A DNA stretch of 64,000 nucleotides from assembly GCA_964016885.1 (NCBI GenBank), contig OZ024752.1, positions 15,562,001 through 15,626,000 on the forward strand. The letters are read 5' to 3'. This DNA comes from Eledone cirrhosa. Its lineage: Eukaryota. How positions within the stretch are numbered: position 1 is the stretch's first letter; the number at the start of each line of letters is the position of its first letter. The position numbers and the translations under genes were made by a program. The notes beneath the pieces were generated by a model, which ran no database searches, was not told the origin of the DNA, and saw nothing but the letters and a program-made list of their open reading frames with translations. Shown here piece by piece: positions 53,700 through 64,000 of this stretch.

Positions 53700-53750
53700 A
53701 GTTTCAGAAGATCCCGTTAAGGGTGAAAGCAGCGATTCTTTGCTTAAACT
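53700..53750 (+). ncRNA. Hammerhead-like motif, family B (CAGAAGA core) at the PLE 3' end
   Basis: agttt-CAGAAGA-tcccgttaagggt-GAAA-gca..tgc-TT-aaact. Confidence 0.68.
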
Positions 53751-53860
53751 TTAATCTGTTATTTTAATAAATATTTGCTCTACGGTTCTTATATATTTGA
53801 TATATATTTATCCTTATCGAGCCCTCTTTGGATTTTAGTCTTGAAATTTATTATTATTAC

Positions 53861-53919
<59 letters not shown>

Positions 53920-54220
53920 ATATATATCTATGTATATATATAGAGAGAGATAGCTATATATATGTGTATATATATATAGATATATATAGATATATATATG
54001 TTTTATATATATATATATATGTATAGATATATATATTGTCCGGAGATAGATACACAGTTGTTGTTCTAGCTCTGCTTACACTCCAAGAGTGAGACATTGG
54101 AAGGTAGATATCAGTTGACTCTTCCCAGACAAATCTAGTACAAAATACTCTTCACACAACCAAATGTTTTATTTTCATGATATATATATATATATATATA
54201 TACATATATATATGTATATA

Positions 54221-54278
<58 letters not shown>

Positions 54279-54317
54279 ACAACCAAATGTTTTATTTTCT
54301 TCATATATATATTCGTT

Positions 54318-54384
<67 letters not shown>

Positions 54385-55404
54385 GAGGCGTACACAATAT
54401 AATTATGTATAATATAAATTCCTAATTCTCACTGTGCTTCTTTTAATGCTTGATCATTTGGCAGCTACCTCACTAGACTTGTGTAAACGCCAGATATTTA
54501 TTCACTTGATTCTAAGACAAGAATAAACTACAACTTATATATATACTTGGAGCATGGAACATTTGCTGAAGATACACCTTTATATATAGTGTGAGCATGT
54601 CCGCCTCGTATTTATTACCAAAAACACAAACATATCCGAATTCATAACTAATACTTATATAAAAATATAAGTAGTTATTTTTGTATAATAAACATTTATT
54701 TTATTTAATAGTTTATACATACGCATATCATGTCAACTATATTTTACACCGTAAGTTATACAACGTTAGAAATATGAAAACAAAGTTAAAAACAGTGTCA
54801 TGTCATTAACAGTGGGAGGAAGGAGTATCATAACAATATTCCCATCATCATCCTATATAGAGATCCCCATCAACTTTAACAACAACATCGTCATCATCAT
54901 CATCATCATGAAACGTCAACTATCTTATTGTTACTTTAGTGAATAAAGTACACATCTGTTTAATATTCACCAGCTGTATGTATAGGGTAATTTTAAAATT
55001 ACAGCGAATTAATTATTCTGAATATTTATGTAATTATTTAGCAAACAGATCTGTTGTACAAAATACTGCCAGATAATCTAGAGTGAATTGTGTTCTCTTT
55101 TTTAATCATTGTATTTCTATATAAACATATTGTCAAATATATTTAAATGATAGAAATTATACAATAATGGAAATATGAAAAAATAAGATTAAGTAAATTA
55201 ATAGAGGAAGAACGGCAAATCTGTAAGTAAAGGAAAGTAGAGGAAAGAACTATAAATGCCAGAAATGAGTGGAAAATTAGGGGAAACACAAGGACTGTTA
55301 GGCCAAGGAAATAAGGGAGTGGGAAGGATAGAGAGTGTCGGCCTCTATACCTATGTTGGGGCTGTCATTCGGTTGCAACCCGCGGACAAACCTGCAAGGG
55401 TATT

Positions 55405-55960
55405 TTGACATGTTTTATGTGACTGTCTAAGTCATAGGCATTGACATCGTTTGACATGTTAGTTTGATGTGACTGTCTAAATCATTGACATCAATATCGT
55501 TTGACATGTTAGTTTGATGTGTCTAAGTCATTGACATCGATATCGTTTGACATGCTAGTTTGATGTGACTGTCATTGACATTGATATCGTTAGACAGTCC
55601 CATAAAACTAACATGTCAAACGATATCAATGTCAATGACTTAGACAGTCACATCAAACTAACATGTCAAACGATATCGATGTCAATGATTTAGACAGTCA
55701 CATCAAACTAACATGTCAGACGATGTCAATGACTTAGACAGTCACATCAAACTAACATGTTAAAGCCATTGACATCGATGTTAGTTTTATGTGACTGTCT
55801 AAGTCATTGACATTGATACCGTTTGACATGTTAGTTTTATGTGACTGTCTAGGACATTGACATCGTTTGACATGTTAGTCTGATGTTACTAAGTCATTGA
55901 CATTGATATCGTTTGATATGTTAGTTTTATGTGACTGTCTTAGTCATTGACATTGATATC
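55405..55960. repeat. ~50-bp degenerate minisatellite with an inverted central block
   Basis: Unit tttgacatgttagtttgatgtgactgtctaagtcattgacattgatatcg, with reverse units at 55591-55765. Confidence 0.9.
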
Positions 55961-56037
55961 GCACAATGTCAAACCATTCTCGCAAATTATGTCTACACTC
56001 TCCACTGCAGCAAATTGTATCAATAACCAACCAGTAT

Positions 56038-56221
56038 AATTGTTTCTACTTTTGGCAGAAGGCCAGCAATTATCCCAGTACATTACTGGTACATTATTTT
56101 ATCGACCCCGTAAGGATGAAAGGGAAAGTTAACCTCGGCGGGCTTTGATATCAGAAAGTAAAGGGTCATAACTCTACGCCGAAAAGCATGTTGTCTGACG
56201 CTCTAGCGATACTGCCAATCC
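56038..56221 (-). mobile_element. SINE
   Basis: Consensus match. Confidence 0.85.
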
Positions 56222-56455
56222 ATAATGATAGTATAGCAGTACTCCTTAGATGCCAGCATGTAAGAACTCCAGTGAGAGGAACTCCTAGCAGAATATCATT
56301 GATTTTGCTGATGAGATCTTTAAAATCACGCGAAAGATGGCTAGAGAAACCATTCTTGGTAGGCTATTGATTCTCAATAAGAAATATGCCAGTTTATATT
56401 TGCTGGGACATGTTGCTCCTCAAACAAGGTTGGTCGTTCTACAATACAACTACAA

Positions 56456-56787
56456 TACAACTCCTCGGTTCACGAAACTTTTGCGTCGTGAACAAATCTA
56501 TTAAAGAACAATTTTTCCAAACATAAAACGTCTCGATTGACGAACGGTGTCTCGAATGACGAACGGTTGCCGGCACGCAATGGCGGAAAACTGTCACCTG
56601 CTGTATGGTTAGTTACTAAACTGATATATATCTGCCTTTCAAACAATCTCTCTCTGTCACTGTGTTTCTCTCTCAACATTTCATATGGGAAAAATTATTT
56701 CGGTTTCCAAACATTTATATTTCGTGTAACGAACAAGCTTCAGGAACGAAATTCAAGAATTAAATTCGTGAGCCGAGGTTCCACTGT
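56456..56787. mobile_element. Tigger/pogo-like MITE
   Basis: cctcggttcacgaa pairs with ttcgtgagccgaggttccactg, followed by TA. Confidence 0.6.
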
Positions 56788-56943
56788 ATGTCTGTTAGTG
56801 GCTGGATATTATTTTCACTCTATCAACTATACTGAAAATTGCTACACCACATTGCTATATTTTCATTAAATAGATTTATGCCGTCACCCTGTGGTGCTCA
56901 TAAACTGATGATACAGATATGTAGTTGCATAATGTTGAAATAT

Positions 56944-57135
56944 AGGCGGCGAATTGATAGAGGCGTTACAACGTCGGCTAGAATGGCAGAGTCGTTAGAA
57001 CGTCGGATAAAATGCTTTATGGTATTTGTCCCGCCTCGCTGCTCTCTGAGTTCAAATTCCACCGAGGTCAACTTTGCCTTTCATCCTTTCGAGGTCAATA
57101 AAAAAAAGTACCACTCTAGTACTGGCGTCGATTTT
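56944..57135 (+). mobile_element. SINE, related subfamily
   Basis: tggcagagtcgttag, gagttcaaattcc and gtcaactttgcctttcatcctttcgaggtc. Confidence 0.8.
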
Positions 57136-58776
57136 TCCTCTCTCTCACTTTCTCTCTTTCACTGGAAGAATTCTACTGTACTCAGGCCTGGAGAGGGAAG
57201 GGCTCCACCAGGTTTGAAATGCCCAAGAAATGCCCTATATCAATACGGTGCCCCTATGACTCTATCAGGAGTGACGGGACCATACATACATACAGTTTAA
57301 ATAATTAGCCGGCAAATATCTTTATAAAGAACCTTCACCGAAACAAACTGTCTCCTTATTTTTAAGTCATTGTCTCAGGTTTCGTAAGCCGTACATCATG
57401 TAGATGCCAAATTGTAGTTTTAAATGCACACCTATTTAAGTGAATACAAGTAAATGCCTGATTAGTTGCGCATATATTTTAGTGTAATGATAATGCACTT
57501 TGTTAATATGGAAACACATGTCCCATTCTCATAAGCTGATCTTTTTTACAGTGTTAATGTCATGCAGATTGTAAAAGTCTGTTGTTTCATGTCAGCATAT
57601 CTAATTTAGTCTCTGTAATGTCAGCTTTAAATTACACCAGGCTCCGTTTAGAATTCGAATTGGATAAAATGAGCAATATGCTATAATGTATGAAGTCGAC
57701 CACTATACACGTCCAATAAAAAAAACTATCGATTCCATATTAATTTTGAATCATAAAAATCCAACTGATGCATATCAAGCATACTTCCAATAAAACATTT
57801 CTTTATTTTCTGACAGCCTTCTAACCCAAATTGCCAAGAGGATTTGGTATAAAAATTGTTTTTTATCAAAATAGTAGCATTAAGGAAATACACTAAAGAG
57901 TATCATTAAATTTGAATGGTAAATACTTATAGAAACATCAGTTTTGTGAACTATAGTAATAAACAATCTGATTAATATGCTAGTGTTGTCTTCCACAAAA
58001 AGAAAGGCTAAGTGCAGTTTTCATATATTTTTTTCAATCAGTTCATTGACCAAGGACAGTTATGTAAGCATCTTTCCATTCTTATGAAGAAGCATATGAT
58101 GTTAGGTTCTTTGTATTTCATTTACTATATTGTTGTATCTATAAAATCAAAATAATATTAATGTATATATAAATTTGAGCGACTTCTGCCTTCCGTCCGT
58201 CACACAATCTGAGTGTGTATGGTGTGTGAATGTATGTATGTGTGTGTAAATAAAAGGAATGGGATGGTGAAAAAAATATAGCAAGACGGCTACCCTGTGC
58301 GTGGGTATATATGTGTTTGTTTGTGCAAATGTTTGTGTGTATGTATGTCTGTGAGTGTGTATTTTTGTGTGTCTGTGTTTGTGCGTTTATATTTATATAC
58401 TCATACATATAAATGTATACACATACGCGTCAGCGTGCTGAAAAACTCCTAGTATATTTAAAATACAAAATAGAATTTACAATGAAAAGAATGCAATGGA
58501 AAATGTAAATTCTGTCATGTCTAAGTACGATTCAATGCAAATCTTGAATTAAATTGCATAAACCCTTCCAATGCATTTTAGGGAACGGTACATTAGGACA
58601 ATATATAATTAACAACGTATGAATTCATTCTGTAATTTATATCCCACCGTTTCCAATGTCACTAGTAGCTGCAAGTTATTTTCTTTAGTTATTTCACATT
58701 AAATATAGTTTTTAAAACAACATTTTCCTCATGTGAGTACATGGGCCCAAAATAGATTTTACTACATTGTAAGAAC

Positions 58777-58915
58777 CCAGTGCATTACTGGTACTTTATT
58801 TTATCGACACCGTAAGGATGAAAGGCAAATTAACCATGAAGGGATTTGAACTCAGACCGTAAAGGACCATAACTATGATGCAAAGCATCTTGTCTAACGC
58901 TCTACCGATACTGCA
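58777..58915 (-). mobile_element. SINE (partial)
   Basis: Consensus match. Confidence 0.82.
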
Positions 58916-59301
58916 AAACCAACCACAAAGGGTTTACATCTAAAAAAAAACATTGAGAGTACTGAACGAAAACATAGAATGTGTGTATGTGTCTGTGTGT
59001 TGGTGTAGGGGTTTTGCGTGTAAACTGGAATAAATCTGATGAATTTGCTATTGTAAATCGAAAACCCTAACCACTAAGCCACGACAGATCAAACTAAAGC
59101 AATATATTATATAAAAAGCTCAGGTATATGATCTGGAAGGTTTGTAGCATTGAATTAATATAGATTCAATGTGTTAATCAGAAAACATGGCAAACAAAAT
59201 ACTTATTTTGTTTTTTGGTTTTTCTAGTCTCGTTCTAGGTACATTAAGTTCTACATTCACTTTCTAGAAAACTCTATCTTGAAAACGATTGTGTGTATGT
59301 A

Positions 59302-59347
<46 letters not shown>

Positions 59348-60299
59348 TTGTGTGTGTATATATATATGTATATATATATACATGTATATATACACATACA
59401 TATATACATACACGCACACACACACACATATATATATAATTTGTGTGTGTTCGTGTTAGAGCATGTAGGCGTTCCTCTCTTACAATACACTGTGAAGACT
59501 TTTCCCAGGCTTGTTATCAAGTGTATTCCACTTGTGCTCTGTAGAAATTGTAACTGTCATTTGATAGGTGAGCGGTTCATATAATGTATTCTGGACCAGC
59601 CATTATTGTGTAGCCCTTCGACACTTAGGCAGTCAGTCAAACTACTAATTGAGATCCACAGATTCACATATGCTATTGAATTGCGTTCTACACATTCTAT
59701 CATGTACTCATGCCCTGAATAATCCTCCCCCACCGTGCTTATCAATTTTTCAAATGTTTTCGTCCCCTTCCTCCCGCTTATTAAATCTTGCTAAACTATC
59801 TCCAGCGACATTTTATTGCAAGTGATTCATATTGATTCAGTAGCTGGAGAATCTAATAATAATGTTATTCTACATTTAAAAAAAAAATATATATGACAAA
59901 AGATCATTACAAGAAATCCCATGTTTACGAATGTACACTATACAATTACCGATTTCCCAACCCCTCCAGTTATTTGACCCCACACCTTATAAGAATTTAA
60001 GCCAATGTCCACCCCACCCCATCCCCGCTTATAAGAATTTAAGCAAATGTCCAACAGCCCCCTTATTCACTCCTCTATTATTTTGGACTCGATAGTAGTT
60101 GTTAGTGTATTTGGACCTTCGCTGCGTTATGTTTATGTACTACGTCTAACTTATCCAATATGTCGTTTATTTATTTGACTGTAAAATAAATTTGTAAAGT
60201 GTTGGGCTACTAATTCTATGAGCTAACGCAACACCCGACTATTACTGGTGTTAGTTCTAAGGCTACAGCCAATAGACCTCAAAATATATTGCTGATGAC

Positions 60300-60630
60300 T
60301 ATATCTTCCAATTTGAAGGCTAAGATATTTGACACTTGTTTTCTATGAGTTTGATTGTGTTAACTGCGTGACAAGGTCACTTCAGAAGCCCTCTAAATTC
60401 CAGAAGCACGTCATAAGACTTACGGCAAACAAACATCTAAGTGACCATATCTCTATCAATGAGCTACTCAGCATGACCAAGCTTAAACCGATCACATCAT
60501 TTATCATGTCAAGAGTACTTAAACTGTATGATCGTATCAAAGGATCAACTCGTGGCGTGAGTTGTGCCTAGAAGGAAAGTTAGCCGGTAAGAGAAGCAGG
60601 GATCGACAGCCAAAACGCAGGCTTGATGTG
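60300..60630 (+). mobile_element. RTE-like LINE ORF2 C-terminal relic
   Basis: SDHISINELL..PITSFIMSRVLKLYDRI and EGKLAGKRSRDRQPKR. Confidence 0.55.
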
Positions 60631-60896
60631 TCAACTTATTGACTGGACTTTGCTGTTTAAACTCTGCTGTTGGTAATCGAACTTTATGGAGAAGAATATC
60701 TCTTGTTTGTGAGCAGTCTGCAACATGCGGAATGAACATCTGTAGTATATATTCTAACAGACGTTATGGAGGTAATGGCATAATCTGTTACTGCGATTTT
60801 CGGGTGTAGGCATTTGGATCTTTTACAGAACTGGGAGCTTCTTAGAATTATATAGTAGTTATTGCTTAACTCCAGGTTTGTTCAAATTATTTACAC

Positions 60897-61347
60897 CAGG
60901 GGTGGGAAAACTGAGTCCGGCGCGCCAAATGCGGCGCGCCAAAGAGTTTTGTGCGGCCCGTGGAAGCATTCAGCGAATTAAGAAAAATAATAAAAATCAA
61001 CAAATTTTCGTATATAATACTTAATCCGAGACTAGATCTAGTTACGTTTTGTTCTGGTATGTTCTGTGCTGTACAGACACAAATTAAAAGAAAACTTTGT
61101 TTTAAGATTTTTGTATTTAATCATGTTTTACTTTGTGTATTATAAGGATACAGTTTATATTTAATATTTTCTAAATTCTAACTGAAGAAAAGTAATGTTA
61201 CTAGCACACTATATCTAATGATATCTAGTACTATACTATACTGTACTATACTGTGCTACACTATACTGTACTACACTATAATGTACTATCCCTTAGGTCA
61301 TGAGCCAGCCAATGTCGCCCCCGTTCCAAGAAGTTTGCCCACCCTTG
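60897..61347. mobile_element. hAT/Charlie-type MITE
   Basis: TIRs caggggtgggaaaact and agtttgcccacccttg. Near-identical 8-bp TSD atttacac/atttagac. Confidence 0.85.
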
Positions 61348-61449
61348 ATTTAGACCTACGATCCAGGGTGTTCATATATCAGACGTCACAATGTATTTAA
61401 CAGAATTTGGTTGTTATTACTAACACTTCAAACAAATACGTAGAAGCTC

Positions 61450-62560
61450 TCTCTTTTAGAGTGAGGAAACTTTGTATTTTTGGAGCAAAAATGTTTCGTT
61501 TGGCGTTATTTATCATGTTCCAATAGTATGTTTAACGGTGGCAGTTTCTGGCAAAATATAATTGTAAAGTTTACATATCTAAATGTCCTTCAAGTCTGGT
61601 TGTTTGATTCGCTGTGTGCATTGACTATTAGACAAATATGTATTCAAGTTCAGATCCTGCAACCTAGACAGTTTGTTTAATGTTCTGTAATGATATTGGG
61701 GACGAGCATAATCCATAATGTTTCAAAGGTATTTCTTTTAAGCAAAGGTTGTTGTTATATTCTGGTGGTCGATCTGTGTCCCTTCCAATGCTCTGATCAT
61801 GTTTTTGTTCCCTATTTAGTTATTTTATTTCGTCTACATGTATTCTGCATTTTTCTTGAGATGTGAAGCATAATTCTTTTTGTATCAACTATTTTCATGA
61901 ATACGGTATGTTGGAGTAACGTGAAATGAAATGTTTTTCCAAAGAACTCAACAGGCAACCCATAATGAAATATTAATTTTTTTTTGGTAAGAACTGGAGG
62001 CGAACACATTTTTAAGGGGGATTTCAGTTGAAATGTCGGTATATAATGTATTGCTGTTATTAAGCCGCCTTCTATATTTTGGGTTTCTTTTTTTTTAATA
62101 GTGCGTTTGTGAATTGTAGTTGTCTAGTTTATTGTTAGGGATGTGATAAGAAATTGTATTAAAATATCTGAACCTGAATAGTTCAAGATAATGGTGATCT
62201 TTGTGAATATATTGTGTTGGGGTTCCAAATTGGAAACTTAATATGCTGTAGATGTTGGTATGTCGTTGGTGTCCACAGTCATTGATTCAGACCAAAGATA
62301 GCTTTGGTATATACTAGTAAATTTCGAGGTTTTTAGACGTTGTGAAATTCTATATTTCTAAATTGAATTTCTGCCCTCAGATTTTTGTCGAAGTCCTCCT
62401 CTAGAAGAAAGGTACATATTTCGTTTCTCCCCCTTCGTGAAGCTATTTACTGATTTGAGAAACATATTTGAATAATATGTTTACTAACAAATGTTGTTCT
62501 TCCACATGTTATATAGACTGAGCCTTGTTAACTTTCTAGATGTCGTTAATTATTTCATAT
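61450..62560 (-). pseudogene. Possible very old PLE relic
   Basis: Scattered NII..CLGC..EYI and QRIKQ peptides resemble a GIY-YIG region, with many stops. Confidence 0.3.
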
Positions 62561-63419
62561 AGTACTTTATTATTTATTTGTATAGAAATATTTGAAAGTT
62601 TTGCTTCCCTGTTCTTATTCTCCGTTACCTAATATACTCCATAAAGTATTTCTAAATTTCTAAGTTTACAAACAACACTAAAAGTATACAATGAAGATAT
62701 AAAATACAATGAAGCATTTAGAAAGGGTGTCTAACATTTCTGCAAACTCCCTGTTATTTATGTTGTAAGATGTAATAAAGGGTCTTTTAAGTCGATGACG
62801 TTAAAATTGTTTTCATTCATTACGAACCTACTTAACATTATCACGGTAGAGAATTATCCGTTGCATTGTTTGTACATAACACGGTATATCTAAAATTTTA
62901 TATATATTCTTTACTAAAGAATTTACAATAAACATGTCATCGTTATGTATTATGTTTTCATGTGAGGATTTTCCTATTTCCTAATATTTATTCGCATTTG
63001 AAGACAGTTATTACGTTCTCTTAAGACATGGTTTACCGGAGTCAATTCCAAGATATTTATATTTAGATAGTATTTTGTGTTGTGTTAAAGATATTTCATG
63101 TACGTTCAAGTATAATCGGCAGTTTCGCTGACACTGAACTTACACAAACATTGTAATCGGCTACTTAATCCAAACATCTACACAATGGACAATTGATGTA
63201 TACACATATATACATGTGTGTATGTGGAAGAGAGAGAGTGTGTGTGTGTGTGTGACTGTATGTATGCATTTATGTTATCCTATCTCTCTCAGTCATGATA
63301 TTGACTATGGCATAGACGAAGCTTGCTGAAATAGTTGAGTTTGCTACATACATGCCTCCCATCCTTATTACAATTCGTACTTCCAACTAACTATTCATGT
63401 AGTACACAAACATTTGTCA

Positions 63420-63830
63420 AACAATATTCAGCGTCTATGACCCCTTTTCCGAAACGTGGGGTCACAGTAGTGTTGAATGCTGCATCAACTGCTTCCATCT
63501 CTGACGGTCAAGGAGAAGTGCTTGGTTTGTAGCAAAGTTCTTTCCCATCCACTCAGCTATGCTGTCTGACCACTGCGTCCCTCTGTCTGCCCCGTTGTGT
63601 TAGAGAGTTCATCCGATCTTGTTACATGTCCATACTACCCCAGCGTCCTCTCTTCACCGTGGTCAGCAGATCTTCAAAGCGGCTCACGTACTGTGTTATT
63701 CTTTTGCAGACTTTCTCGTTCGTGTTGTGTTTTGTGTAGGAAATTCGCAGGATTTTTCTGTTTAGCATCTCATTATTATGCTGTATTTTATGAGCCATCC
63801 TGATGCAGAAAAACCCCAATAACCTTTCAG
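63420..63830 (-). mobile_element. RTE LINE C-terminal relic
   Basis: RKILRISYTKHNTNEKV...EDLLTTVKR..YGHVTRS..GRQRGR. Confidence 0.7.
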
Positions 63831-64000
63831 TACCACTTCCTTTTTATACAGCATTGATAATATATTTGGTAGCATTGAATATTTTACGAACCTGAATGAA
63901 ATATTGAATTGATTATTCTTCACTGACTATGATAGCTTTGTTTATTAAGACAATTGCATGCTATATTTCCACATTACTGACATTTTAACTTATGAAATGC

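Larger units (their letters stand above)
51509..53862 (+). mobile_element. 5'-truncated Penelope-like retroelement (family B)
   Basis: RT plus GIY-YIG ORF relic, a long 3' UTR with a ~140-bp duplication (53355-53620), and a terminal HHR-like pLTR. (TA)n on both sides. Confidence 0.92.

Noticed and set aside
54563-54605. HHR-like CTGAAGA-tacac/gtgtg-ag-catg-TC
   Set aside because: The GAAA box is broken and there is no stem I pairing.
56305-56347. CTGATGA...GAAA motif
   Set aside because: Stems I and III do not pair convincingly.
59460-59850. MULE transposase-like relic on the minus strand (VEGLHNNGW)
   Set aside because: Only one short motif is present, too degenerate to support without a search.

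Overview
This is AT-rich, repeat-dominated eukaryotic DNA. The SINE families and (TA)n/(TG)n/(TATG)n load resemble a cephalopod (octopus-type) genome; that assignment is an inference. I recognise no intact host gene, and almost all long ORFs in the track are translations of micro- or minisatellites. The protein-coding relics are all transposable elements: a Penelope-like element (PLE; RT + GIY-YIG, 51.5-53.9 kb), a Tx1/L1 3' end with a target-site duplication (TSD), a Chapaev3-type DNA transposon with terminal inverted repeats (TIRs), a CRE-clade retrotransposon, and CR1-like and RTE fragments. There are also about 18 tRNA-derived SINE copies, non-autonomous Helitrons, MITEs and four satellites (48, 44, ~50 and 420 bp units). 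The main hidden signal is about 15-20 type I hammerhead ribozyme (HHR) motifs from about 10 sequence families, read by eye on both strands. They lie in short PLE 3'-end (pLTR) insertions inside (TA)n tracts, and many form head-to-head fold-back pairs. One family carries a non-canonical CAGAAGA core in both intact copies. Other points of interest are inverted duplications centred on (TA)n, a minisatellite born inside a SINE, and two phase-compatible candidate exons with an in-frame TGA. All coordinates were read manually and may be off by a few bases.
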